Positions 1-11,697 are shown, counted from the first letter of the stretch. The stretch is 64,000 bases of DNA from Gemmatimonadota bacterium (GCA_039591655.1 JBDHDE010000015.1:22259-86258), one strand, 5' to 3'. Made by a program: numbers and translations. The notes: a model not told the origin generated them from the sequence alone.

Positions 1-105
1 ATGCAGGGCATGCACGGACGCATGGAGGGGATGGAGGGCCACATGGAGCGCATGCAGTGCTGCATGGAGGAGCACCGGGAGACGGACCCCGAGCACCGGC
101 AATAG
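1..105 (+). CDS. C-terminal fragment of a Met/His/Cys-rich protein (runs off the window start)
   Basis: Frame 1 reads MQGMHGRMEGMEGHMERMQCCMEEHRETDPEHRQ* with TAG at 103-105. Confidence 0.55.
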   Translation: MQGMHGRMEGMEGHMERMQCCMEEHRETDPEHRQ

Positions 106-115
106 GAAGGGTACG

Positions 116-715
116 GTGCCTGGCATGACTCGGATCTTTCTAGCCGGTCTGGCGCTCGCGGCCCTGGCCGTCACCGCGCCGGCCGCAGCGCAGGAGGGCA
201 CGCCCCAACCGCTGGCCGTGGGGACCGTGGCGCCCGACTTCGAGATCCCCGGCGCCACCCGCTACGGTGTGCTGCGGGATCCCGTGCGACTCAGCGACTT
301 CCGTGGCAAGACCGTGGTTCTGGCCTTCTTCTTCCGCGCCCGGACGCCTGGCTGAACGATCCAGATGCATGCGTACCGTGACCAGTACGCACAGCTGTTT
401 CGGGGCGGGCGCGACGTCGTGCTGATCGCCATCAGCACGGACCCGGCGGAGGCCCTCGCAGCCTGGGCCCGGGACGACCAGCTCCCCTTCCTGTTCGGCA
501 GCGATGAGGGCGCCGCGGTGGGACGGAGCTACGGGGCCTTCATCGACCGGGCCAGCGGCCCTCTGGACAACCGCACCCTCTTCGTGGTGGATCCAGAGGG
601 GCGAATCGCGTACCGGGCAGCCCCGTTCCGGGAGATCGATCCGATGGCCTATGAGGAGTTGGGAGCGGCGATCGGGCGGATCGCGCCGCCGCCGGAGGAC
701 GAGTCGGGGAACTGA
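116..715 (+). CDS. Exported AhpC/TSA (BCP-like) peroxiredoxin, probable selenoprotein (Sec at TGA 353-355)
   Basis: ORFs 116-355 and 365-715 are in the same frame. Read-through gives ...FFFRARTPG-U-TIQM..., matching the BCP motif TPGCT. Signal peptide (AAA-Q), APDF, LSDFRGK, ISTD and RTLFVVD motifs are present. The start may be ATG 125. Confidence 0.85.
370..391 (+). promoter_or_regulatory. Candidate bacterial SECIS hairpin
   Basis: TGCGTAC (370-376) and GTACGCA (385-391) form a perfect 7-bp stem around a G-containing loop (CGTGACCA), beginning 15 nt after the in-frame TGA. Confidence 0.6.
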
Positions 716-745
716 TTCGCGGGGCTGCCGCGCCGGAGGCGGCTG

Positions 746-1264
746 CTACCCGCCGACGATCCGCTCCAACGCCGCCACGAGGTCCTGCTGTTCCCCCACG
801 CCGGTGTAGGCCACCCGGCCGTCGGCATCGAGGATGACGACGTAGCCGGTGGTCGGTGCCCGGTAGGCCCGCACTGCCGCACCCGTGACATCCCAAACCA
901 CCGGGTAGGGTACGGGGTGCTGCTCCAGGTAGCGCCGTACCGAGCGGGGCGTCTGGTTCACCGCCACGGCTACAGCGACGAACTCCACCCGCCCGGCGAA
1001 GCGTGTTGCCGCCTCCCCCAATTGCGGCCGCAGCGCCTCGCACACGGTGCACCACCTGGCCCAGAATTGTAGCAACACCGGTCGCTCCCCGATCGACACC
1101 GCCAGGGAGACGGTGTCCCCATCCAGGCTCTCGACCTCCACCGCGGGGGGCGTGGCACCGATGGGAATCCCCACTTCCTGTGCATCCGCAGGCGGCGCCC
1201 AGCAGACGGTGCAGAGCGCCGCTACCGACACGGAAAACCGGGCGCATGCGCGGTCCGGCGTCAC
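746..1264 (-). CDS. TlpA/ResA-like thiol-disulfide oxidoreductase, exported
   Basis: FWARWCTVC (WAxWCxxC) thioredoxin-fold motif. The GTG start overlaps the ccdA stop. Confidence 0.85.
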   Translation of the reverse strand: MTPDRACARFSVSVAALCTVCWAPPADAQEVGIPIGATPPAVEVESLDGDTVSLAVSIGERPVLLQFWARWCTVCEALRPQLGEAATRFAGRVEFVAVAVAVNQTPRSVRRYLEQHPVPYPVVWDVTGAAVRAYRAPTTGYVVILDADGRVAYTGVGEQQDLVAALERIVGG

Positions 1265-1980
1265 AGCGTCATCCCGGTCTGGATGAAGTAGTACTCGGCC
1301 ATGGCCAGCATCACGACTCCTGCAGCTCTCTTGATCCACGTCATCCATGGTCCTGCCTGGGGCAGTGCCACCAGTGTTCCGGCGGAGAGCCCCACGGCCA
1401 CCAGCAACGCCGTCATCCCCAGGGAGAACACCATCAGATAGATGAACCCCAGCACGACACTCCCCGTCGTGGAAACCCAGGTGAGCACCGCCGCGAAGGC
1501 TGGCGCTCCACAGGGAGCGGCGACGATTCCCGACGTGGCGCCGAGCAGGAAGACTGCCGGGTACGAGCCGCCCCGGAGACCTCCGGCCCAACGCACCACG
1601 CGCCGCGGCGCGGACAGCGGGATGACGTCCAGCATGGCAAGGCCGAACAGCAATAGCAGGTTCCCGATGACGAAGCGGGCCCACGGGCTGGACGACACCG
1701 TCCCGAACAACGAGCCCGTGAGCCCCGCGACGAGCCCCAGGATTGCGTAGAGCAGCGCGAGGCCCGAGACGTAGGCCAGTGTGAGGCCGACGGTGCGACG
1801 GCGTGACTGCCGTGGTCCCGAGCTGCCCGCCAAGATGCCCGCAGTGATGGGAATCATCGGGTAAATGCACGGTGTGAGGCTCGTGATCAGACCTGCCCCG
1901 AACATGGTCACCAGCGCCACGAGCGGTTGGTGCTGCAGCAACTCGGCGATTCCGGACTGGGCGGCGAGCGGGATGATCAT
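1261..1980 (-). CDS. ccdA: Cytochrome c biogenesis protein CcdA / DsbD transmembrane domain
   Basis: SLTPCIYPMIP and APCGAP Cys motifs with about 6 TM segments. Confidence 0.85.
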   Translation of the reverse strand: MIIPLAAQSGIAELLQHQPLVALVTMFGAGLITSLTPCIYPMIPITAGILAGSSGPRQSRRRTVGLTLAYVSGLALLYAILGLVAGLTGSLFGTVSSSPWARFVIGNLLLLFGLAMLDVIPLSAPRRVVRWAGGLRGGSYPAVFLLGATSGIVAAPCGAPAFAAVLTWVSTTGSVVLGFIYLMVFSLGMTALLVAVGLSAGTLVALPQAGPWMTWIKRAAGVVMLAMAEYYFIQTGMTL

Positions 1981-2063
1981 GTCGCCGTAATGATAACCAT
2001 CCGTATATTCTGGGCACCGCGTGACGCTGCACTCTGGGTGGTAGGCAACGGAAAGGAGCGGTA

Positions 2064-2714
2064 GTGCAGGGGACTCATCGAGCAGGAGGGATCGCCGCCC
2101 TCTGTGCCGCAGCCATGCTCCTCGCGCCTGGGCCGGCCCGCGCCCAGGAAGCCTCGGGCTCCGGTTGGTCCGCAGTTGGTGGTGGGGCCTTGGGGCTCTA
2201 CTCCGGCGCCGTGCTGGGTTCCATGGGCTCCTGGGTACCCTGCAATCGAACCTACTACAGCCTCACCTGCGTGCGGGTGGCGACGGCACTGGGAGGCGCC
2301 GTCGGGTTGGCCGGGGGGATCGCCCTGGGGGATGCCGACAGCGAGCGCCTGGGAGACGCGGCCATCGCCGCCGGCGTTGGGGTCCTCGTTGGTGCTGCGG
2401 CCGGGATCGTCATGAAGCCGCACCTTCAGCGGTTCAGCTGGCTCGATGTCGCCGCCGTAGGAGTGATGGGCGGTGCCGTCGGCGCCTCGGCGCCCGGCTC
2501 GGCCATCGGTTTCGGGGCCGGCGCGCTGGTGGGGTTGGTGTTGTGGCGCGCGGCTCCCGGGTTCGAGCTGTCCGACGCCATCGGCCTGAGTCTCGTGGGG
2601 TTGGCAGCGGGCGGCCTCGCGGCCTGGGTGTACCGCGGGATCGACGCGCAGTCCAAGGCCGATGCCCCGAGCCAGCAGCTGTCCGTTCCCATCGGCCTCA
2701 CACTCACGTTCTAG
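2064..2714 (+). CDS. Gly/Ala-rich hypothetical membrane protein
   Basis: Signal peptide (ARA-Q), GxxxG-rich hydrophobic helices, AGGAG RBS upstream. Confidence 0.6.
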   Translation: MQGTHRAGGIAALCAAAMLLAPGPARAQEASGSGWSAVGGGALGLYSGAVLGSMGSWVPCNRTYYSLTCVRVATALGGAVGLAGGIALGDADSERLGDAAIAAGVGVLVGAAAGIVMKPHLQRFSWLDVAAVGVMGGAVGASAPGSAIGFGAGALVGLVLWRAAPGFELSDAIGLSLVGLAAGGLAAWVYRGIDAQSKADAPSQQLSVPIGLTLTF

Positions 2715-2878
2715 GCCCGGCGACGGCGCCACGCGGTGCCGGACCGCCACTCACAGCGACCCGGTCCCGCATACTGGACATTGCCGGGTCCTCGCCGCAT
2801 TAGAGATGGACCCGTACATGGCGAGCAGCGACGCGCTCAACTCCGGTTTCTTGCACAGCCAGAAAGGTGACGAGCCCC

Positions 2879-4270
2879 ATGACACCAGCGTCACGCATCT
2901 CGAGATCCATGGTCGGTCTGTTGGCCCTGCTTGCTGGGGCGGCATCGGCGGCCGCCGCCCAGGACGCCCACTACTGGACCAATCAATACGGCACCCGCGG
3001 CAATCTCTTGGGTGGAGCGGTGGTCGGGAGCGTGGTGGACCTCAGCGCGGTGTACTACAATCCCGGCGCGGTTAGCCTGATCCAGGATCCCGACGTAATA
3101 GCGACCTCGAAGGTGTTCGAGTTGACCGGTGTGCGGGTGAGGGGATCGGGGGATCTCGATATTCGGCTCGACGATCAGACGCTGGGTGTGGCCCCGGGGT
3201 TCTTTGCCGGCCTTGTGCCCCTCAAGCTCTTTGGCAAGCACGTGCTGGGGTACTCGTTCCTCACCCGCTACAAGTTCGACGCGACCCTCCGGGCAGCCGG
3301 TGTTGGAACCGGAGATATCCTCGTTCCCAACCCCCCACCGGAGGACTTCTACGCGGAGTTGATGTTCGACACCAGGCTGAACGAGTCGTGGGGTGGTCTG
3401 ACCTGGTCGTATCCCCTGGGGCAGAGATTCGGTATCGGCGCGACGACGTTTCTCGCGATACGCAGCCAGCGGTCGCGCACTTCGATCACCGGCCAAGCCT
3501 TCGAGCCGGTCACGACAACCGGCGGGATCACTCTCACCGACGTCGGCTACAAGTACAGCCACTACCGGCTGCTGTGGAAGCTAGGCGTCACGTACGACTG
3601 GCTGGGGTTCAGCCTGGGGCTTACGGTCACTACGCCGGAGGTGAGGCTGTTCGGCTCCGGCGAGACGACGGTGAACCGGGTCGTCGTGGGGCAGGATATC
3701 GATGGTGACGCCATCCCCGATCCGCGGTTCATCGCCGACGTACAGCAGGATCTCAAGGCCACGTACAAGTCGCCGCTGTCCATCGCAGGCGGGGCATCGT
3801 ACTTCATCGGGAGGAACACGACCCTCCACGCAGCCGCCGAGTGGTTCGACAAAGTCGAGGGGTACGAGGTCCTGGCGACCGAGCCGTTCATTGGACAGAG
3901 CACCGGCGACACCCTGATTCTCAGGGTCACCCAGCAGCTCAACTCGGTGTTCAACTGGGGCATCGGAGTCGAAGAGCAGTTGACGCCGGGCTTCTCCATG
4001 TCGGCCAGCTTCAGGACCGACCGGACCGCGATCGACAACTCGCAACGCAGCGACGTCTCGGTCGCCGCATGGAACGTCTTCTTCGTGACTGTGGGCACCA
4101 GCTTCCGGCTGGGCGGCGGCGAGTTCACCGTCGGCCTGGCCTACGGCTTCGGGAGTGAGCAGGTCGACACGCTCTTCGAAGACGTAGATGACGAGATCAT
4201 TGAGCCGCTGCCGGACGACGCGGAGCTCAAGTACCGGGCGTTACGGCTCATAATCGCGTTCGGGTTCTAG
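2879..4270 (+). CDS. Outer-membrane beta-barrel, FadL/OmpP1-like
   Basis: Signal peptide, N-terminal YGTRGNLLGGA...SAVYYNPG (NPA/NPG hatch motif), alternating beta-strands and C-terminal Phe. Confidence 0.7.
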   Translation: MTPASRISRSMVGLLALLAGAASAAAAQDAHYWTNQYGTRGNLLGGAVVGSVVDLSAVYYNPGAVSLIQDPDVIATSKVFELTGVRVRGSGDLDIRLDDQTLGVAPGFFAGLVPLKLFGKHVLGYSFLTRYKFDATLRAAGVGTGDILVPNPPPEDFYAELMFDTRLNESWGGLTWSYPLGQRFGIGATTFLAIRSQRSRTSITGQAFEPVTTTGGITLTDVGYKYSHYRLLWKLGVTYDWLGFSLGLTVTTPEVRLFGSGETTVNRVVVGQDIDGDAIPDPRFIADVQQDLKATYKSPLSIAGGASYFIGRNTTLHAAAEWFDKVEGYEVLATEPFIGQSTGDTLILRVTQQLNSVFNWGIGVEEQLTPGFSMSASFRTDRTAIDNSQRSDVSVAAWNVFFVTVGTSFRLGGGEFTVGLAYGFGSEQVDTLFEDVDDEIIEPLPDDAELKYRALRLIIAFGF

Positions 4271-4426
4271 AGGCCACTTGCCTCGCCCTTGTGCCGCCCG
4301 CGGCAGACGGGCGATCATATCTACTGGCCGCCGGCCCGGGCTAGGTGGAGCCGCGGGCAAGCATACCTGCTGACCGCCGCCCCGCGTGAGCCCGTGCAGC
4401 CATCATTTGATTAGTGGGGATCAGAG

Positions 4427-6586
4427 ATGCGGAAAGTCCCGACTGTCACGGGCACACTGCTGGCCGCGGCGCTGCCAATCGTCGCCCTTGCGCTGGCGTT
4501 GGGTGCCAGACAGGGAGAGGAGCCCGAGAATGAGGGTTGGCCGCGCCGGATCGAAACCAACCGAGGGGACGTAGTCATCTACCAGCCCCAACTGGAGGAG
4601 TTCGAGGGAGACCGCCTCTCGAGTCGGTCTGCCGTCTCCGTGACAGCGGCTGAGACTGAGGAGCCTCTGTTCGGCGCCGTGTGGTACGAGGCCCGGGTAG
4701 CCACAGATCGGGACGAGCGCACCGTTGAGATCGTGGATCTCTCCGTCCCCCGGGTGCGATTTCCCAACCTGAGCCCCGAGCAGCAGGACACGCTGGCCCG
4801 CTTCCTCGAGCAGGAGATTCCCAAGTGGGAGCTGACGCTGTCGCTGGATCGCCTGCTCACCAGCCTGGCGCTGGTAGAGGAACGGAGAGCGACGTCCGAG
4901 AACTTGAACAACGATCCGCCGGCCATCCTGGTCGTCAATGAGCCGGCCGTGCTCGTCACGATCGAAGGACCGCCGCGGATGCAGGCCGTCGAGAACTCGG
5001 AGTTGATGCGGGTGCTCAATACGCCATTCACCATCCTCTACTCACCGGACAGCCGGACCTACTACCTCTTTGCCGGTGAGGACAGTTGGTACGTGGCGGA
5101 TGCCATTGATGGTGAGTGGCAGCTGACGGACGCAGTCCCGCGTGAGGTGGTGGCGCTGACGCCCCAGGAGCCTGAGGAGACCGAGCCCGAAGCACAGGAT
5201 AGCGTAGCGGCCGAACCGGGACCCCCGCCGACCATCGTCGTGGCCACCGAGCCCACGGAGTTGATCGTCCTCGAGGGGGATCCCCAGTACACGCCCGTCG
5301 ATGCCACGGACCTGCTGTACGTAGCGAACACGGAGAGCGACGTCCTGCTGGAGATCGACACGCAGCGTTACTTCCTGCTGCTGTCGGGAAGGTGGTACGC
5401 CGGCGAATCCCTGTTCAGTGGACCCTGGTCGTACGTAGCCGGTGAGGATCTGCCGGAGGATTTCGCCAACATCCCGCCGGAGTCCGACGTTGGGCACCTG
5501 TTGGTCTGGGTGCCGGGGACTGAGCTGGCGGAGGAGGCCCTGCTCGACAACCAGATTCCCCAAACGTCTGCCATCAAGCGGAGTGAGGCGCAGCTGGAGG
5601 TCACCTACGACGGGGCACCGGAGTTCGAGCCCATCGAAGACACGGAGATGGAGTACGCTGTCAACACCGCCTCCCAGGTGATCAAGGTCGGCGAGAAGTA
5701 CTACGCCTGCGACCAGGCGGTCTGGTTCGTGGCGGACCGACCCAGCGGCCCCTGGGTGGTGGCCGACTCGGTGCCGCCGGAGATCTACACGATTCCGCCC
5801 ACCAATCCGGCGTACAACGTCACGTACGTGTACGTCTATGAATCGACCCCCGAGGTCGTGTACGTGGGCTATTATCCCGGCTACTCGGGCAGCTACGTGT
5901 ACGGGGGCACCATCGTGTACGGGACCGGCTGGTACTACCCGTCGTGGTACGGCGCGTACTACTACCCGCGGCCCGCGACCTGGGGCTTCCACATGCGCTG
6001 GAACCCGTGGTACGGCTGGAGTTTCGGGTTCAGCTACAGCACGGGGCCCTTCACGTTCCACATCGGCTTCGGAGGTTGGCGCGGTTGGTGGGGGCCCGCG
6101 GGTTACCGCGGCTATCGCCACGGATATCACCGCGGATGGCACCACGGATACCACGCCGGCGCCCGCGCGGGGTATCGGGCGGGGCAGCGGGATGCCTACC
6201 GACGGAACAACATCTACGACAAGGCCGGGAATCGGGCCCGCAACGCCCCGCGGGCGGAGACCCGGGACCGCCAACGCCCCAACGTGGATCGGCAGCGGGA
6301 GAACAACGTCTACACCGACAGGGACGGCAACGTGCACCGGCGGAACCAGGACGGTAGCTGGCAGCAGCGGGACCGCGATGGCTGGGGTGAGCGCCGGGAG
6401 TCTGCTCCCAGCCAGGGAGGCGACCGCGCGGAGGGTCGCCAGCCTTCCACCCGCGATCGGAGCAGCAGCGGGATGAACCGCGACTATCAGGCTCGTCAGC
6501 GGGGATCACAGCGGACGCAGAACTACAGCAGCCAGCGGAGCCGCCCATCCGGTGGGCGGACGGGCGGCCGCCGCGGGCGGCGGTAG
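4427..6586 (+). CDS. Large secreted hypothetical protein with a Tyr/Trp/Gly-rich segment and a disordered Arg/Gln/Gly tail
   Basis: 719-aa ORF with signal peptide, acidic repeated beta-rich core (GEWQ/GPWS/GPWV motifs), YYP/WG-rich region and low-complexity C-terminus. Confidence 0.75.
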   Translation: MRKVPTVTGTLLAAALPIVALALALGARQGEEPENEGWPRRIETNRGDVVIYQPQLEEFEGDRLSSRSAVSVTAAETEEPLFGAVWYEARVATDRDERTVEIVDLSVPRVRFPNLSPEQQDTLARFLEQEIPKWELTLSLDRLLTSLALVEERRATSENLNNDPPAILVVNEPAVLVTIEGPPRMQAVENSELMRVLNTPFTILYSPDSRTYYLFAGEDSWYVADAIDGEWQLTDAVPREVVALTPQEPEETEPEAQDSVAAEPGPPPTIVVATEPTELIVLEGDPQYTPVDATDLLYVANTESDVLLEIDTQRYFLLLSGRWYAGESLFSGPWSYVAGEDLPEDFANIPPESDVGHLLVWVPGTELAEEALLDNQIPQTSAIKRSEAQLEVTYDGAPEFEPIEDTEMEYAVNTASQVIKVGEKYYACDQAVWFVADRPSGPWVVADSVPPEIYTIPPTNPAYNVTYVYVYESTPEVVYVGYYPGYSGSYVYGGTIVYGTGWYYPSWYGAYYYPRPATWGFHMRWNPWYGWSFGFSYSTGPFTFHIGFGGWRGWWGPAGYRGYRHGYHRGWHHGYHAGARAGYRAGQRDAYRRNNIYDKAGNRARNAPRAETRDRQRPNVDRQRENNVYTDRDGNVHRRNQDGSWQQRDRDGWGERRESAPSQGGDRAEGRQPSTRDRSSSGMNRDYQARQRGSQRTQNYSSQRSRPSGGRTGGRRGRR

Positions 6587-6597
6587 AGGGGCAACGG

Positions 6598-7788
6598 ATG
6601 ATCGTGAGACACCCCAGACTCTGGAGAGCCCCGCACAGTTCACTTCTGACGGCCGCGGTCGGCGTGATCACCGTTTCCTGCGTGAGCATTCCCACGCAGA
6701 CGCCCACCATGAAGCGGGTAGGAGTCGAGACGGTCACGGCGACCCAGCTCAGAGAGATGGTGCTGCAGTACGCCACGGACTTCGGTCAGGCCGTGGAGGC
6801 GTTGGCGGACAGCATCCGAAACGCCAGCCCAGATCCCGAGGTTCAGTATCGGGCCCTGCTATGGAAGTCCGTCTCTGTCACGACCATCCGCGAGGCCGCG
6901 CTGCTGTCAGATCCGCTCCTGGCCCTTGTGGATGCCTGGTTGTACACAGTGCAGCTGCACGCGTTCGTCGAGTCGCCGCCGCCGCGCTACGACATCCTCC
7001 CCGGGGGTCATCGAGCCGCTGCGATCCAGTTGATCGCGGAGCAGGAGCGGAAGGCGCGCGATCTGGCCGTCCGGATTGTCGGAGAGGAGAAGGTGGCCGC
7101 ATTCGAGCCGCGGTTGATGCGGTTCGCCGCTGAGCACCCCATCGATCCGATCACGCTCAATCGCACATCGGTGATGGCGGCCGATACGGCGACGCTGCGG
7201 GATGTGGGCGGTGGCATCGGCGGCGCCATCGGGGCGACCTATTGGAGCATGCGGGACGTGGCGGACCGCGCCGGCGCCATCAACGACGCTCTGGGGAAAG
7301 AGCTGCGCTGGAATGTCGAGCTGATCGCCCATGAGATCGCGCGCATGTCGGTGGTGGACAGCACCCTGACCAGCGTCCGCACTTCGCTCGACCGCATCGC
7401 CTCGCTGGCCGACACGCTGCCTACCCTGGTGAGTGGCGAGCGGGCCGTCGTGCTCGAGACGCTGCGCGCGGAGCTGATGACCCTCACCCGTGCCATCGAC
7501 GCGATGCGGCTGGAGACGCTGGACGCGGTTCGGGCTGAGCGGCTCGCGGTGCTGGAGGCCGTCACCCTGGAGCGCATCGCGGTGCTCGGAGCCATCCGCC
7601 AGGAGCGGCTCGCCGTCCTGGCGGCCCTCGACTCCACGCTGTTACGCGCCATCGACCACTCCGAGAATCTCGTGGATCACATCTTCTTGCGTGTGATCCA
7701 GCTGCTCGCGCTGCTCGTGGTGGTGGTGGGCGTGCTCGTTTGGCTGGTGCTGCGCGGGCGGCGTCGGCAGGGAGCGGATCTGGCCTAG
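6598..7788 (+). CDS. Hypothetical lipoprotein with helical repeats and a C-terminal TM anchor
   Basis: Lipobox-like ITVS-C, 11-residue ERxAVL repeats, and a hydrophobic C-terminal helix followed by RGRRR. Confidence 0.7.
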   Translation: MIVRHPRLWRAPHSSLLTAAVGVITVSCVSIPTQTPTMKRVGVETVTATQLREMVLQYATDFGQAVEALADSIRNASPDPEVQYRALLWKSVSVTTIREAALLSDPLLALVDAWLYTVQLHAFVESPPPRYDILPGGHRAAAIQLIAEQERKARDLAVRIVGEEKVAAFEPRLMRFAAEHPIDPITLNRTSVMAADTATLRDVGGGIGGAIGATYWSMRDVADRAGAINDALGKELRWNVELIAHEIARMSVVDSTLTSVRTSLDRIASLADTLPTLVSGERAVVLETLRAELMTLTRAIDAMRLETLDAVRAERLAVLEAVTLERIAVLGAIRQERLAVLAALDSTLLRAIDHSENLVDHIFLRVIQLLALLVVVVGVLVWLVLRGRRRQGADLA

Positions 7789-7898
7789 CGCTCTTCCGGC
7801 GTGCGAGCTTGCGCGCCCCAGTCCCCCGGTGAAGATTCGCGCGGCGCCCTGCCACGGGGCGTGAGGTGGTGCGGCGGATCCGTCCCCGAGGAGTCCCG

Positions 7899-9848
<1,950 letters not shown>

Positions 9849-9856
9849 GTCGGCGG

Positions 9857-10582
9857 TTGGTCCCGCTCACACTCACGCAGATCGCCCTGGCTGCCGGCGC
9901 GGTGACCGTCGGTGCCACGCTGCAGGGCTCCATCGGGTTCGGGCTCGGGCTCGTCGCGGCGCCCCTTCTCGTGCTCATCGATCCTCGGTTCATCCCCGCG
10001 CCGTTGCTGCTCGCGTCCGTCGTCCTGACCGTGCTGCTGACACACAGGGAGTGGCGCTCCGTCCAGTTCCGCGATCTGGGATGGGCTATCGGGGGCCGCA
10101 TGGTCGGCATCGCCGCCGCTATCGCCGCGCTGCTGCTGATCTCCCCGAACCGGATCGCGCTGTTCTTCGGAGTGCTGATCCTCCTGATGGTGGGGCTCAC
10201 CGCATCGGGTCTCCACCTCCCGCCCACGCCGCGCACGCTGCTGGGAGCCGGTATGCTGTCGGGCTTCAGCGGCACCGCGGTGTCCATCGGAGGGCCGCCC
10301 ATGGCGCTCGTGCTCCAGCGGGAGTCCGGCGCCCGGCTCCGGGGCACCCTGTCGGCGTTCTTCGTGGTGGGTATCTCGATGTCGCTGGTCGGTCTGCGCA
10401 TCGCCGGGCGGCTGGGCCGGACCGAGCTCCTGCTCTCCCTGGCGCTCCTTCCGGGCATCCTGCTGGGATATTTGATTAGTCGTCACACGGCCCGCTTGCT
10501 GGACCGCGGGTACACGCGCAGCGCGGTGCTCGCCGTCTCGGGGGCGGCCGGAGTGGTGGTGATCATCAAGCAGCTGATCTGA
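9857..10582 (+). CDS. Sulfite exporter TauE/SafE family protein
   Basis: LQGSIGFGLGLVAAP and SIGGPP motifs with about 8 TM segments; start approximate (TTG). Confidence 0.8.
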   Translation: MVPLTLTQIALAAGAVTVGATLQGSIGFGLGLVAAPLLVLIDPRFIPAPLLLASVVLTVLLTHREWRSVQFRDLGWAIGGRMVGIAAAIAALLLISPNRIALFFGVLILLMVGLTASGLHLPPTPRTLLGAGMLSGFSGTAVSIGGPPMALVLQRESGARLRGTLSAFFVVGISMSLVGLRIAGRLGRTELLLSLALLPGILLGYLISRHTARLLDRGYTRSAVLAVSGAAGVVVIIKQLI

Positions 10583-10590
10583 GGCGGGGA

Positions 10591-11697
10591 GTGTTTCGCA
10601 ACAGAGTAGAGCGGCTGCTGTCCTACGCGGATGTCCGGGTCGACGGAGACCGTCCCTGGGACATCCACGTACACAACGACGCGCTCTACCGCAGGGTGCT
10701 GGCGCACGGGGCCTTGGGCGCGGGCGAGTCGTACGTGGACGGTTGGTGGGACTGCGACCAACTGGACGAGTTCTTCCACCGGGTCGCGGCAGCCGATCTC
10801 GAGACCAAGATCCGGCCGGCAACAGAGCTACTCCGGGTCCTCTGGGCTAAGCTGGCGAACCTCCAGAAGCCGTCGCGGGCCTTCCAGGTTGGGCGGCGGC
10901 ATTATGACATTGGCAACGAGTTGTACCGGCACATGCTCGGGGAGCGCATGATCTACAGCTGCGGCTACTGGAGGGACGCCACGACGCTCGATGAGGCGCA
11001 GGAGGCGAAGCTCGATCTGGTGTGTCGGAAGTTGGGCTTCCAGCCGGGGATGCGGGTCTTGGATATCGGCTGTGGTTGGGGAGGCGCCGCGAAGTTCGCC
11101 GCCGAGCACTACGAAGTGGAAGTTCTCGGCATCACGGTTTCCGAAGAGCAGGCGCGCTACGGGATGGAGCTGTGCCGCGGGCTTCCGGTCGAGATCCGGC
11201 TGCAGGACTACCGTCAGCTGGATGGGTCCTTCGACCGCGTGTTCTCGCTCGGCATGTTCGAGCATGTCGGCCTTAGGAACTATGGTACCTTCATGCGCAT
11301 CGTGCGCGATTGCCTGACACCCGACGGGCTGTTTCTGCTCCACACCATCGGATCGAACCGCTCCGTAAACCGGGTCGATCCGTGGACCGAACGCTACATC
11401 TTCCCCAATTCCATGTTGCCTTCGGCCAAGCAGATCACCTCGACCATTGAAGGACTGTTCGTTCTGGAGGATTGGCACAGCTTCGGCACGGACTACGACA
11501 GGACCTTGATGTGCTGGTTTCGCAATTTCGACGAGCACTGGAGTGAGCTGAGCGCGGACTACGATCGACGATTCTATCGCATGTGGAAGTACTTCTTGCT
11601 GTCCAGCGCCGGCAGCTTCCGCGCGCGGAGAAACCAGCTGTGGCAGATCGTTCTTTCCCCCAAGGGAGTTCCGGGCGGTTATTGCCCGGTGCGCTGA
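10591..11697 (+). CDS. cfa: Cyclopropane-fatty-acyl-phospholipid synthase
   Basis: GESYVDGWWD, HYDIGN, MIYSCGYW, LDIGCGWGG, GMFEHVG and YIFP motifs. Confidence 0.95.
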   Translation: MFRNRVERLLSYADVRVDGDRPWDIHVHNDALYRRVLAHGALGAGESYVDGWWDCDQLDEFFHRVAAADLETKIRPATELLRVLWAKLANLQKPSRAFQVGRRHYDIGNELYRHMLGERMIYSCGYWRDATTLDEAQEAKLDLVCRKLGFQPGMRVLDIGCGWGGAAKFAAEHYEVEVLGITVSEEQARYGMELCRGLPVEIRLQDYRQLDGSFDRVFSLGMFEHVGLRNYGTFMRIVRDCLTPDGLFLLHTIGSNRSVNRVDPWTERYIFPNSMLPSAKQITSTIEGLFVLEDWHSFGTDYDRTLMCWFRNFDEHWSELSADYDRRFYRMWKYFLLSSAGSFRARRNQLWQIVLSPKGVPGGYCPVR

